Positions 1 to 9,600 of a stretch of 25,130 nt of DNA are shown one piece after another. The translations under genes and the position numbers were made by a program. The notes under the pieces are model-generated. The model was not told the DNA's origin, did no database searches, and worked only from the letters and a program-made list of their open reading frames with translations. Origin of the DNA: Candidatus Micrarchaeota archaeon (GTDB taxonomy: Archaea > Micrarchaeota > Micrarchaeia > Anstonellales > Bilamarchaeaceae); assembly GCA_037440825.1 (NCBI GenBank), contig JBBITJ010000014.1, positions 1-25,130 on the forward strand, read 5' to 3'. Position 1 is the first letter of the stretch; each line of letters begins with the position of its first letter.

Positions 1-3
1 GGA

Positions 4-119
4 GGTTTTCAGTCTCCAGTTTCCAGTTTAGACGAACCCAGAACCCGAAACCCCCCTCGTTTCGGCTTCCTTCCAAAAACAGTCTAAGCACGGAACCCGA
101 AACTCGGAACACAAAACCC
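4..119. repeat. Degenerate heptamer arrays: one T-rich-strand array followed by two A-rich-strand arrays
   Basis: ggttttc-agtctcc-agtttcc-agtttag (4-31); gaaccca-gaacccg-aaacccc (34-54); ggaaccc-gaaactc-ggaacac-aaaaccc (92-119). Confidence 0.8.
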
Positions 120-128
120 TAATAAATA
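120..128 (+). promoter_or_regulatory. Candidate TATA box for the Roadblock-tldD unit
   Basis: TAATAAATA ends 20 nt before ATG 149, consistent with a leaderless or short-leader archaeal promoter. Confidence 0.45.
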
Positions 129-148
129 TCCGCGCCCAACTCCTTCCC

Positions 149-484
149 ATGGATCCCAAGGAACTCATGGAAGAGCTCAAAGGCAAAGGAGTGGAGATCG
201 CCCTGATAAAAAGGGACGAGGGGCTCGTCTATTCAACGTTCGCGATGGAGGATCCTGCCCCGTACATCGCCCAGTACCTGGCGAACAACGCCCAGCTCCT
301 CATGAGCCAGCTTGAGGACGAGGTGCGGGAGATAGAACTCTCGTTCGAAGGCAGGATTGCGATGGTCTTCCCCACCGACACCCACGTGCTCCTCGGCGTG
401 CTGAAGAGCAAGGAGGACAAGAAGGTGCTGCGCGAATACGTGGCAAGGATAAAAGAGCTCCTCGCCCCTCCCCAAGGTGGATGA
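149..484 (+). CDS. Roadblock/LC7-like small protein
   Basis: 111 aa with helix-(IALIKRDEGLVYS)-helix-three-strand-helix pattern typical of the Roadblock/LC7 fold; recognised by pattern only. Confidence 0.6.
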   Translation: MDPKELMEELKGKGVEIALIKRDEGLVYSTFAMEDPAPYIAQYLANNAQLLMSQLEDEVREIELSFEGRIAMVFPTDTHVLLGVLKSKEDKKVLREYVARIKELLAPPQGG

Positions 485-1819
485 GTGCAAGACAGGATAA
501 TGGCCGCGCTTTCCAAGTCCAGGTATTATGCCGACGCGCGCCTTATTTCAGGAACCACGTCTTCGTTCGCGCTGGAAGACGGGAAGATTTCAGGAACCGA
601 AGGCGGGATTTCCGGGATAGGGGTGCGCGTGCTCGCCAACGGAAGCTTTGGGTACGCGTGGAGCTCCAATCCCTCTGATTTCCCGGAATTGCTGAAAAGC
701 GCCGAGAAGCTCGCGTTCCTCTCGAAAGGGGAATCCTCGCTGGCGCCTATGAAACCAGTGCAGGCAAGCGTGGGAAAGAATCATGATTTCCCGCACACCG
801 AGGAGAAAATATCCCTGATGCGGGACGCGGAGAAGCTCGCGCTTTCAGCGAAAGTGAAGAACGCGACGCTCGTTTTGCGGGATTCCAACATAGAAAAAAT
901 ATTCATGAGCAGCGAAGGCGCATGCATAGTGCAGAAATCCAGCTACTGCTATTTCTCCGCAACTTCCATAGCCAAGGAAGGCACGCTGATGCAGAAGGGC
1001 GTGGACCGCATCTCCTCCCGCAAAGGCTACACTGATTTCGATATCTCCAAAACCGCGGAGAGCGCGAGGGAGAGCGCGGAGCGCCTGCTGGGCGCTGAAC
1101 CGCCTCCGAAAGGAATATTCCCTGTGATAATGAACCCCGAAATGGCCGGCGTATTTTCGCACGAAGCGGTCGGGCATGCGAGCGAAGGGGACAGCATCGC
1201 AGAGCGTGAGTCCCTTTTCCGCGGAAAGCTGGGCAAAAAGCTCGGAAGCGAAAAGGTGACCATCACAGACGATCCCACGTTCGACGATTTCGGGCAGTAT
1301 TTCTACGATGATGAAGGGGTCGCGGCGCAGCCAGTTAAGATAATAGAGAATGGAGTGCTCAAAGGTTATCTTCATTCGCGAGAGAGCGCTGCAGCAGTTA
1401 AAACTCTGGACGCAAAACCCGGAACTTCCAATGGACACTCCCGCGCCCAGGGCCACGAGTTCGCCCCGTTGGTGAGGATGAGCAACACCCTCTTCGCCAA
1501 AGGCGACGAGAGCGAGCAGTCTGTTTTCGATGTGCGCGAAGGTATATACGTATTGGGAATGAAAGGGGGGAGCGTGGACATATTCTCCGGCGATTTCATG
1601 TTCGCTGCGAAGGAGGCGTGGCTGGTGCGCAACGGCTCCAAGGAAAAATTCCTGCGCGACGTGGCGATAAGCGGCAACATCCTCGAGACGCTGGCGAAAG
1701 TGGAATGCGTGGGCAAGGACTGGGGCACGAGCCCGGGCTTCTGCGGAAAGGCAGGGCAAAGCGTCCCTGTTTCGGACGGAGGGCCTCACGTGCGCGTTTC
1801 GGAGATGAAAGTTGGATAG
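485..1819 (+). CDS. tldD: TldD/PmbA family metalloprotease (catalytic TldD type)
   Basis: GIGVRVLANGSFGYA, HEAVGH zinc motif, DDPT...YDDEG, RMSNT, C-terminal CGKAGQSVPVSDGGP; GTG start directly follows the upstream stop. Confidence 0.93.
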   Translation: MQDRIMAALSKSRYYADARLISGTTSSFALEDGKISGTEGGISGIGVRVLANGSFGYAWSSNPSDFPELLKSAEKLAFLSKGESSLAPMKPVQASVGKNHDFPHTEEKISLMRDAEKLALSAKVKNATLVLRDSNIEKIFMSSEGACIVQKSSYCYFSATSIAKEGTLMQKGVDRISSRKGYTDFDISKTAESARESAERLLGAEPPPKGIFPVIMNPEMAGVFSHEAVGHASEGDSIAERESLFRGKLGKKLGSEKVTITDDPTFDDFGQYFYDDEGVAAQPVKIIENGVLKGYLHSRESAAAVKTLDAKPGTSNGHSRAQGHEFAPLVRMSNTLFAKGDESEQSVFDVREGIYVLGMKGGSVDIFSGDFMFAAKEAWLVRNGSKEKFLRDVAISGNILETLAKVECVGKDWGTSPGFCGKAGQSVPVSDGGPHVRVSEMKVG

Positions 1820-1944
1820 GAAGCAGTCGCGTTCGCCGTTCCCAGCCTCCAATCATCGGCGTTCAGATGATTGTTTCGTGAAATCCTGTTGCTTCCTGCA
1901 ACAGTCTCTTCGCACTATGCGAAGATTCTGCGGAATTTCCCGAT

Positions 1945-2012
1945 TCAGTTCCGCCTCTCCGGCTCCGAGTTCTGGCTCCTGCACGGAACCCCTAACCTCT
2001 GAACCGGAAACC
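1945..2012. repeat. Degenerate heptamer arrays (T-rich then A-rich) upstream of the pilus locus
   Basis: gttccgc-ctctccg-gctccga-gttctgg followed by ggaaccc-ctaacct-ctgaacc-ggaaacc. Confidence 0.6.
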
Positions 2013-2025
2013 AAAGCTTAAAAAT
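2013..2025 (+). promoter_or_regulatory. Candidate BRE/TATA promoter of the pilin cluster
   Basis: AAAGCTTAAAAAT ends 20 nt before ATG 2046. Confidence 0.5.
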
Positions 2026-2045
2026 CTCCCACGAGAGTGCTTCCC

Positions 2046-4316
2046 ATGCGCGTTCGACGGGGTCAGGTTAGCGTAGAGTTCTCCATAATATTCGTCATCA
2101 CCGTGATAGCGATAGCGTTCCTGTTTTCTACTGTGTACAACCAGATAACCACGATAGGCACGCAGAAGGAAGAAGCCGAGGTGGACAAGGCGCTTTCAGA
2201 CATATCCATGGCGGCGAGGGACGTGTATGCTGAAGGCGAAGGGGCCTCGCGCAAGGTGCGCATAGAGCTTCCTGCGACCTACGATCCAGCAGGCTCGCTG
2301 ATACAGAACAACACCGTTCTCATAAAAGTCCGGGACACGTTCAAGTTCGAGAGCTTCGACTTCCCCGTAGAGGGCACCCTTCCGGCTGCGCCCGGGGTAA
2401 GCGAGATAACCATCACCTCGAGAGGCAATTCCGTATTCATAGGCAGCTCCTTGTTCCGTATGAGCACGTCTCTTCTATCCACAGTCATCCCTCCCTCTTC
2501 CAGCCAGACCTTGCAGGTCACAATATACAACCTTTTGAACGAGTCTCTCACCGTGAACGCATCGGTCTATTGGCCCAGCACAGAAGTCTCGCTCGCGCTC
2601 TCGGAAACGGATTTCACGCTGGATGCATACGAAGAGAGGACGATAAATTTTGATTTTTCCTCCTCGAACACGAGCGGAGGCAATTCGGGAAGCGTGACTT
2701 TCAACGCGAACAGCTCCACGCTCACGGATACGCAGATGCTGGGCATATACGCGGAAATCCCCTCCCAAGGAGGAGGGAACGGCACCCCTGGCCTGCTCGT
2801 CAATCCGCTCGTATGGGTAGCGACAATCGGCTCAGGAGCGTCCGGCTATGCAGACTTCATAATATGCGCGCAGAACGCCCAGATAAACAGCGTCACCTTC
2901 ACGCCTGCGGGCAGCACTGCATCCTGGATTTCCGGCACCTCTTCCATAGGCCCGATAGCTGCTGACACCTGCCAGAACAAGCGCCTCACCATGAACGTTC
3001 CCGGCTCCGCGTCCCCGGGCACGTACAACGGCACCATAACCGTGACTGGAGACGGCACTTATACGGAATACATAAACGATTCCATCACAGTTGTGGTAGC
3101 GAACATGACCGTTTCGCCCCAGTCCTGGAACGCGTCCGTGCAATCCGGCGCAACGGTGTACATGCCGTTCCTCGTGTGCTCGGAGAACATAGACATCGCC
3201 ACCGTGCGGCTCAAGGTCACTAAGGGGATTCCGGGCGCATGGGTGCGTAACACGACCTCTTTCAGACTGGGCTACAACAAGTGCTACCAGAAATACATCT
3301 ACATCACCGTACCCAACGGCACTTATACAGGAACCTACAACGGGACCATAACGTTCAAGGGTGACGGGGGCTATTCCGTGGGCATCCCGTTCAGCATCAG
3401 CGTGACCTCGCAGTACAATTCAATAGCCGTGCAGGACATATCGCACTCGCCCATGCCCGCGTATTCCAATTCCACCATAACGGTCACGGCTTACGCTAAC
3501 GGCTCGCAGAACGGAGGCAAGACGATAACCGAGTGCAGGCTGCTGCTGGACGACACGACCTCATACAGGATGAACGCGATCGATGGCTCCTACAACTCCG
3601 CTTCGGAGAACGTCACCGTTTCAATAGGCCAGCTCGCGAAGGGCCAGCACCGCGCGCAGATAACGTGCACCGATTCCGGAGGGCAGAACAGCCAGCAGTA
3701 CTCCTACACTTTCAACGTCTACAAGCATTTCCTCTTCGTGTACGAGGGCTCCACGCCCACTGCTTCGGAAAGCGCATGGGTGAGCTGGATAAACTCGCAG
3801 AACAAGTGGCTCGTGGATACCGCCTACTCGGCGAACATCACTGCAGGAACGGTCAATGAAAACTACTACGAGGCGCTCGTGTACGGGAACTGGAGCGCCT
3901 CAGCGTCCACTATGCTCAAGCTGAAGATGCAGCTCTTCATCGCGAACGGAAGGGCGATCGCGTTCCTCGGCGATTCGCTCGTGAACGCGCCCAAGGACTT
4001 CGGAGCTTCAGCGTCAGCAGGCGGCACTACTTCGGACACGGCGGTGTACGTGACCAACAGCACGCATTACATAACTTCCGGCTATTCCGGAAGCACCACG
4101 GTTTCCAGCCCGGCGCAGAATTTCGGAAAATTCACGCTCTTGAATTCATCCTACCAGCTCGCCTACGTCGGCGCAGCCTCGGACACGTGCATCGCGCAGG
4201 TGGACAACGCAGTCTATTACGGAGCCACTAGTCCCTCGTCATTCAACAGCGACGGAAGCACGCTGGCGACGCGCACGCTCGACCGCGTGCTCAGCATCTC
4301 AGTGATAACGGAGTGA
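2046..4316 (+). CDS. Large class III signal peptide (pilin-like) protein with Ig-like repeats and a C-terminal alpha/beta domain
   Basis: MRVRRG|QVSVEF plus hydrophobic helix (prepilin motif, Glu at +5); VYAEGEGASRKVRIELP pilin-like segment; two similar beta-rich units ending VP...GTYNGTIT..GDG; ATG 2046 preferred over GTG 2037. Confidence 0.8.
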   Translation: MRVRRGQVSVEFSIIFVITVIAIAFLFSTVYNQITTIGTQKEEAEVDKALSDISMAARDVYAEGEGASRKVRIELPATYDPAGSLIQNNTVLIKVRDTFKFESFDFPVEGTLPAAPGVSEITITSRGNSVFIGSSLFRMSTSLLSTVIPPSSSQTLQVTIYNLLNESLTVNASVYWPSTEVSLALSETDFTLDAYEERTINFDFSSSNTSGGNSGSVTFNANSSTLTDTQMLGIYAEIPSQGGGNGTPGLLVNPLVWVATIGSGASGYADFIICAQNAQINSVTFTPAGSTASWISGTSSIGPIAADTCQNKRLTMNVPGSASPGTYNGTITVTGDGTYTEYINDSITVVVANMTVSPQSWNASVQSGATVYMPFLVCSENIDIATVRLKVTKGIPGAWVRNTTSFRLGYNKCYQKYIYITVPNGTYTGTYNGTITFKGDGGYSVGIPFSISVTSQYNSIAVQDISHSPMPAYSNSTITVTAYANGSQNGGKTITECRLLLDDTTSYRMNAIDGSYNSASENVTVSIGQLAKGQHRAQITCTDSGGQNSQQYSYTFNVYKHFLFVYEGSTPTASESAWVSWINSQNKWLVDTAYSANITAGTVNENYYEALVYGNWSASASTMLKLKMQLFIANGRAIAFLGDSLVNAPKDFGASASAGGTTSDTAVYVTNSTHYITSGYSGSTTVSSPAQNFGKFTLLNSSYQLAYVGAASDTCIAQVDNAVYYGATSPSSFNSDGSTLATRTLDRVLSISVITE

Positions 4317-4320
4317 TGCA

Positions 4321-4737
4321 ATGGGCGGAACCAGAAACCTGGAGCTGAAAACAGCCAAAGCGCAGGTCTCAGTTGAAATGCTCGTCATCCTCTCCATATT
4401 GATGATCGTTTTCATAGTGGGGCTCACCCTTTTCACCGGATTCAGGAATTCCGTGGACAGCGCGAGGAGTACGCTTGCCTCGTTCCAGGCGGCATCCGCG
4501 CTCGGCTCTGCGGTAAATTCGGTATATCTCGCAGGCGACGGCACCACATTCACCGTCTATGTGGAGCAGGTGGACGGCAACGCCACCATCTCCGGCAGCA
4601 GCCTTCTTGTGCAGTCCGGAGATGCGGCGTATTCGTGGCCCCTTCTGACCAATTCAACAAGCAGCCCTGCGAACATCACGCTCGGAAACATGAGGATACG
4701 GAACAGCGCAGGTATCGTCTATGTCGAAAACATCTGA
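4321..4737 (+). CDS. Class III signal peptide pilin-like protein
   Basis: KA|QVSVEML plus hydrophobic helix; VYLAGDG resembles VYAEGEG of the preceding protein. Confidence 0.82.
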   Translation: MGGTRNLELKTAKAQVSVEMLVILSILMIVFIVGLTLFTGFRNSVDSARSTLASFQAASALGSAVNSVYLAGDGTTFTVYVEQVDGNATISGSSLLVQSGDAAYSWPLLTNSTSSPANITLGNMRIRNSAGIVYVENI

Positions 4738-4740
4738 TGC

Positions 4741-4768
4741 GAAACAGAAAACGCAAAACCGGAAACCG
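4741..4768 (+). repeat. Four-unit heptamer array in a pilin gene junction
   Basis: gaaacag-aaaacgc-aaaaccg-gaaaccg, flanked by TGC on both sides. Confidence 0.8.
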
Positions 4769-4771
4769 TGC

Positions 4772-5239
4772 ATGCGCGGCCAGATTTCCTCATTAGATGC
4801 TATGGGAGGGCTGGGAGGGCTGATACTCATAGTGCTCCTCAGCCTCGTTCTCTTCTCCAGCCTTTACGACCGCATGTCCCTCACCATGGACAAGAAGGCG
4901 CAGGAGCTCGCCTCATTCTACGCGATGGAGCAGCTCATGGGCGCAGGCGAGCCAGCGAACTGGCAATACTCTTCTGCAGTGCGCAACTACGGGCTTGCCA
5001 GGGAGCCAGGAGTGCTGGACATCTCCAAGATATCCGCGCTGATATCCGCGAACCATTCGCTCGTCGCAGAGCGGCTTGGGCTATCCAAATACAACTTTTC
5101 AGTGGAAATACTGGATTTCTACAACAATTCCGTGCTTTATTCCACAGGCTCGGCGAATTCCAGCAACATGGTGAGCGTCCAGCGCGTCTCTTCCCTGAAC
5201 GGCTCGCTCGTGCTTGTACGATTGAAGGTGGCTAGTTGA
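4772..5239 (+). CDS. Class III signal peptide minor pilin-like protein
   Basis: MRG|QISSLD plus hydrophobic helix; GEPANW...YGLA motif; alternative start at 4721. Confidence 0.75.
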   Translation: MRGQISSLDAMGGLGGLILIVLLSLVLFSSLYDRMSLTMDKKAQELASFYAMEQLMGAGEPANWQYSSAVRNYGLAREPGVLDISKISALISANHSLVAERLGLSKYNFSVEILDFYNNSVLYSTGSANSSNMVSVQRVSSLNGSLVLVRLKVAS

Positions 5240-5631
5240 TGGGCAAAAAAGGCTTCTTCCTAACTCTCGACGTCATACTGGCGCTCATGCTCATATCGAT
5301 AGTAATGCTGATCGTGCTCTCGATGGACCTGGAAGGGGAGATGCTCAGGAACGCGAACCTGCGCGCGTTCTCCATGAGCATGCTCACCTCTTTCGAGAAA
5401 TCCAGCATGCTCGCGCAGGGGCTGTCCAATCCGCCGGTGCTGAGGCAGGCGCTCAACTCCCTCCCTCCGAACATCTGCGCCCAGATATCGATAATGAATT
5501 CCACCAACTCCACCCTCGTGGACGTGCAGAAATCCCAGTGCACCGAAAGCGGGAACACGTTCATAATCTACCGCACGTTATACTCCAACGGAGAGCTTTA
5601 CCTTGCAAGGTCGAAAACGTGGTACAAGTGA
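5239..5631 (+). CDS. Class III signal peptide minor pilin-like protein
   Basis: MGKKG|FFLTLD plus hydrophobic helix; TGATG stop/start overlap with the upstream gene. Confidence 0.78.
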   Translation: MGKKGFFLTLDVILALMLISIVMLIVLSMDLEGEMLRNANLRAFSMSMLTSFEKSSMLAQGLSNPPVLRQALNSLPPNICAQISIMNSTNSTLVDVQKSQCTESGNTFIIYRTLYSNGELYLARSKTWYK

Positions 5632-6506
5632 AAGCAAAACGCGGAACCCGGAAGCCGGAACGCAAGGCTTCGCGCGCCTTCGTGACATCCCTGCTCACCA
5701 TAACCATAGCAGCACTCATAATGGAGTTCGCGTTATCGATAGAGGCGTTCGAGACCAAGGCTACGCAAACGCAGTCAGAGCTCTTCATAGCGAATTACGC
5801 CAACTACTATTTCGACGACATCACCTACGACATAAGGGTTATCGCGGGAAGCGATCTCGCCATGAGCAGGCTGGATGCAGCCACTCTCGAGCTGAATTTC
5901 ACTGAACCGACTGCAGCGATGCTGTTCAACGACTCGCTCCAGAAGTACATGGACAAGCTCGCCAATTTCGCTCCGCGGCTCAACGTGAACATAACCCTGG
6001 GCGCTTCCGCAATCACGGGCAATTCCCTCTCCTACTATTTCTCGAACGGCATGCTCTACACCGTGGATTACGGCGCATCGGAGAGCGACCTCATATCCTC
6101 GCAATACGGGGATATAACCAATTACACGGTGCATTTCTCCACTTCCCTCATCCGTGAATCGCTCGCAGATTTCAATACTTCCCCTTCCGGGGACGTATAC
6201 ATACGAATGGAATACAGGGACGGCAACGGCACCCTCCTGAGCGAAGGCTACATAGAATCCACCCCTTACAAGCAGTTCGCCGCAAACTATTCCGGGGGCG
6301 GGAAGTTCATGATGCTCCTGCACAATTCGAGCGGCAACCCTTCCTCGTACAGCATGAGCAAAGATGGAATTAATCCATCATCCATTTCAGTCAGCGCCCT
6401 TGTTGCAGGCAACGGCTCCGAGGTAAGGATCACCCTGCCCATAACCCTGAACGTGAGCCACGTCTCCTATTCCAAATACGGGAACATAACGGTTCTACGA
6501 GGCTAG
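5628..6506 (+). CDS. Probable minor pilin-like / pilus-associated protein
   Basis: GTGA overlap start at 5628; basic N-region then RA|FVTSLL plus hydrophobic helix; beta-rich, sequon-rich body. Confidence 0.65.
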   Translation: MKAKRGTRKPERKASRAFVTSLLTITIAALIMEFALSIEAFETKATQTQSELFIANYANYYFDDITYDIRVIAGSDLAMSRLDAATLELNFTEPTAAMLFNDSLQKYMDKLANFAPRLNVNITLGASAITGNSLSYYFSNGMLYTVDYGASESDLISSQYGDITNYTVHFSTSLIRESLADFNTSPSGDVYIRMEYRDGNGTLLSEGYIESTPYKQFAANYSGGGKFMMLLHNSSGNPSSYSMSKDGINPSSISVSALVAGNGSEVRITLPITLNVSHVSYSKYGNITVLRG

Positions 6507-6518
6507 ATTGACGTGGGA

Positions 6519-6526
6519 TATATAAG
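6519..6526 (+). promoter_or_regulatory. Candidate internal TATA box before the giant surface protein gene
   Basis: TATATAAG in the intergenic gap after 6506. Confidence 0.5.
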
Positions 6527-6618
6527 TCTTATGTCGGATAACAAAAGCGGTTGCGGTGCAGACGATGGGTGCTAAGCCTTCCAAGGAGGTCGCCAGTTTC
6601 CAGTTTCCCGTTTCGAGG

Positions 6619-9600
6619 ATGTTCGCCCTTTTCCTAATCCTCATCATCTCAATCTCCTACGCAACTGACGCGATAGCTGCATACAGGTCCAACACAGGGA
6701 CGAGCACGCTCAGTTCCCCGAAAATCCGCTACTGGAACTCGTCAGGAACAGGCACGTGGGGCGCCGAAGTGGAGCTTCCCACTGCGGGCTCGCCCATAAG
6801 GTATCTCGTCATCAAGACCTCTCCCATCTCCAACAAGACTGTGCTCGTGACTTTGAGCGACGACGGCTACCTCGACGCCTACGTGTGTAATTCCAACTGC
6901 GGAAGCGCGGGCTCCTGGACAGCCACGAACAACATCGGGCAGGTCTGGACGACCGCGGCGGCGCAAAGGAGGTTCGACGTTGATTTCGAGACCGTGAGCG
7001 GGGATGCAATAGTGGTCTATTCGGTGCTGAACACAGGCACGGCGAATGACCTCGCGTACAAGGTTCTTCCTGCGGCGGCCACGAGCTTCACAGGCATCAC
7101 GGAGCAGTACATAGACGACACCGGGCACGCCAAAGATCTCACCTACACGTGGGTGGATGTGGACTGCAAGCCCGGAGGCGCGAGCGACGAGTGCATAATG
7201 GTCGGATTCGATTCCACTGACAACGACGAGAATGCGTGGGTATGGAACGGCAGTGCGTGGGGCAACCAGGTCTCGCTTTCCGATGCTGCAACTGCGACAG
7301 GCGGATACCAGGCGCAGGCAGTCAAATATGCGGCTGACGGAAGCAAGGGAATGGCAGTCGGAGGGCATTCGACTTCCGGTCTTGTCCAGTACAAATACTG
7401 GAACGGAACTTCGTGGTCAGGCACGGCATCTTTTGATATTGATGCAGCAGATGCCCTGGACCTTCGATACATAATGATGAAAGCGGATCCAGCGACCGAC
7501 GACATACAGGCGTTCTTCACGGACTCTGGAAGCGACCTAGGAACCGCTTACTGGAACGGCGCGACCTGGACGGTCACATCCAATATTGATACGGCCGTGG
7601 ACTCGGCAACGACGCGCACGGTGGGCTTCGAATGGAACCCGAGCGGCTCGACAGGAATTTTGGTGTGGGATACCGATACGACCGGAACCACGATAAGCAC
7701 AAGGGTGTGCAGCCCGCAATGTACTGCTTCCACAGTCACCAAATCCACATATGCGGGAACAGGCGCGTGGATGACGCTCTTCTCCAATCCCACCAACTCT
7801 GACACGGTCAACATCCTCGGTTTGAGATTGAACAGAAACTTCGATATCGGTTCGTTCTATTTCGATGGCACCAACTACGTGAACTACAACGACGGCGCGC
7901 TCACCAATGATACGACCGTAAGCACATTCGAAGCCTACGATTTGGCGTTCTACAAGCCTCCTGCACCCCCGGCAGCAACAATTACTCTAAACTCTCCCGC
8001 GAACAACACGAACTTCTCGTCCTCATCCATCACGCTCAACTGGACGCCCGCGAATTTCGCAGGGAACCCTACATGCAACGTCACGCGCAACGGAACGCTC
8101 ATATTCACTGGCACGTGCACGAACGGCGTTGCATGCACCACCACGAATACAACTTCAGACGGCCTGTGGGTGTGGAACGTGACCTGCGCCTACACCTCCA
8201 CAACGAAAGTGAGCGAGACGAGGCAGTTCAGAGTGGATACGACTGCTCCCACAACTTCTGCTTCAGCAGTGGATGACCTCGGGCTTCCGTACACCTTCGG
8301 CACGCCGACCACCTCCTCTTACGTAAATGTGACGCTCTCCTGCAGTGATTCAGGAGGAATAGGATGCAGTGTCACCCAGTATTGCACGGACACCACGAAC
8401 ACCTGCACTCCCAATACAAATTATACGGGCGTGGTGCAGATATCCACTGCCGGAACCTCCTATATAAGGTTCAGGAGCAACGATTCCGTAGGGAACCTGG
8501 AAACCACGCAGAGCCGGACGATAATAATACAGGCAGATGCAGCAGCTCCTACAACGACCGCGACCGCAGTCCAGGCGAATGGGAGCGCATACACGTTCGA
8601 CACTTGGACTAACTCATCTTACGTGAACGTCACGCTCACTTGCGACGACGGAGGAGGAAGCGGATGCGCGGTCACCCAATACTGCACTGATGTGACCAAC
8701 AGCTGCACGCCATCGCTCACCTATTCCGCGCCAGTCCAGATTTCCACAGTGGGCACCTCATATATCCGCTTCAGGAGCAACGATTCCGTGGGCAACTTGG
8801 AAACCACGAACAACAAGACAATAAGGATAGACCTGACCGCTCCGACCACTACTGCAACAGCAGTGCAGGCAAACGGCACTCCTTACACCTTCAACACCTG
8901 GACTAACTCCACATACGTGAATGTCACCCTCACATGCAACGATGGCACGGGCTCAGGATGCAACATCACCCAATACTGCACGGATGCAACGAACACATGC
9001 ACTCCGTCCACCGCGTACTCTGTTCCTGTCCAAATCTCCGCAGAGGGCACAACCTACATCCGCTACCGCGCGAACGACAGCGCAGGAAACCTGGAAGCGG
9101 TGAAGAACCAGACCGTGAAGATAGACCGCACCGCTCCAGCGCTGGATTACACAGCAGCGAGCATCGCGAACAATATCTACACCAATTCCACGAGCGCATA
9201 TATAGAAATAAGCTATTCTGAGGCCAACCCCGACACATGCACACTCGCGTTCAACGGCACCAACTACTCCATGACAAGGAACAGCACGCACTGCTACATA
9301 AACAAGGCGACGTTTACGGACGGCTATTACATCTACAACGTGACGCTGAACGACAGCTTAGGCAACTCCAACACCACTGCGACGAGGAACATGACTCTGG
9401 ATCGCACCGCACCTCAAATAGCCTACACTGCAAACAATGAGCCGGACAACGCGTTCCTGAACCGCAGCTGGGCGTACTTCGAAATCACCTACACGGAAAC
9501 AAACCCCCAGAACTGCACCCTCTTCCTGAACGGAACGCAGTACGCGATGAACAGGAACAGCACCAATTGCTACTACAACGCTACAGGGCTCACAGATGGG

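Noticed and set aside
4..119. CRISPR array or IS terminal inverted repeats
   Set aside because: Units are 7 nt, degenerate and lack spacers; no cas or transposase gene is present in the window
845..1852. 335-aa minus-strand ORF and other long antisense ORFs (e.g. 17730-18839, 16997-17593, 15063-15668)
   Set aside because: They are shadows of well-supported genes on the opposite strand with no recognisable motifs
1812..2021. 69-aa ORF between tldD and the pilin cluster
   Set aside because: Largely a translation of heptamer arrays and overlaps the candidate promoter
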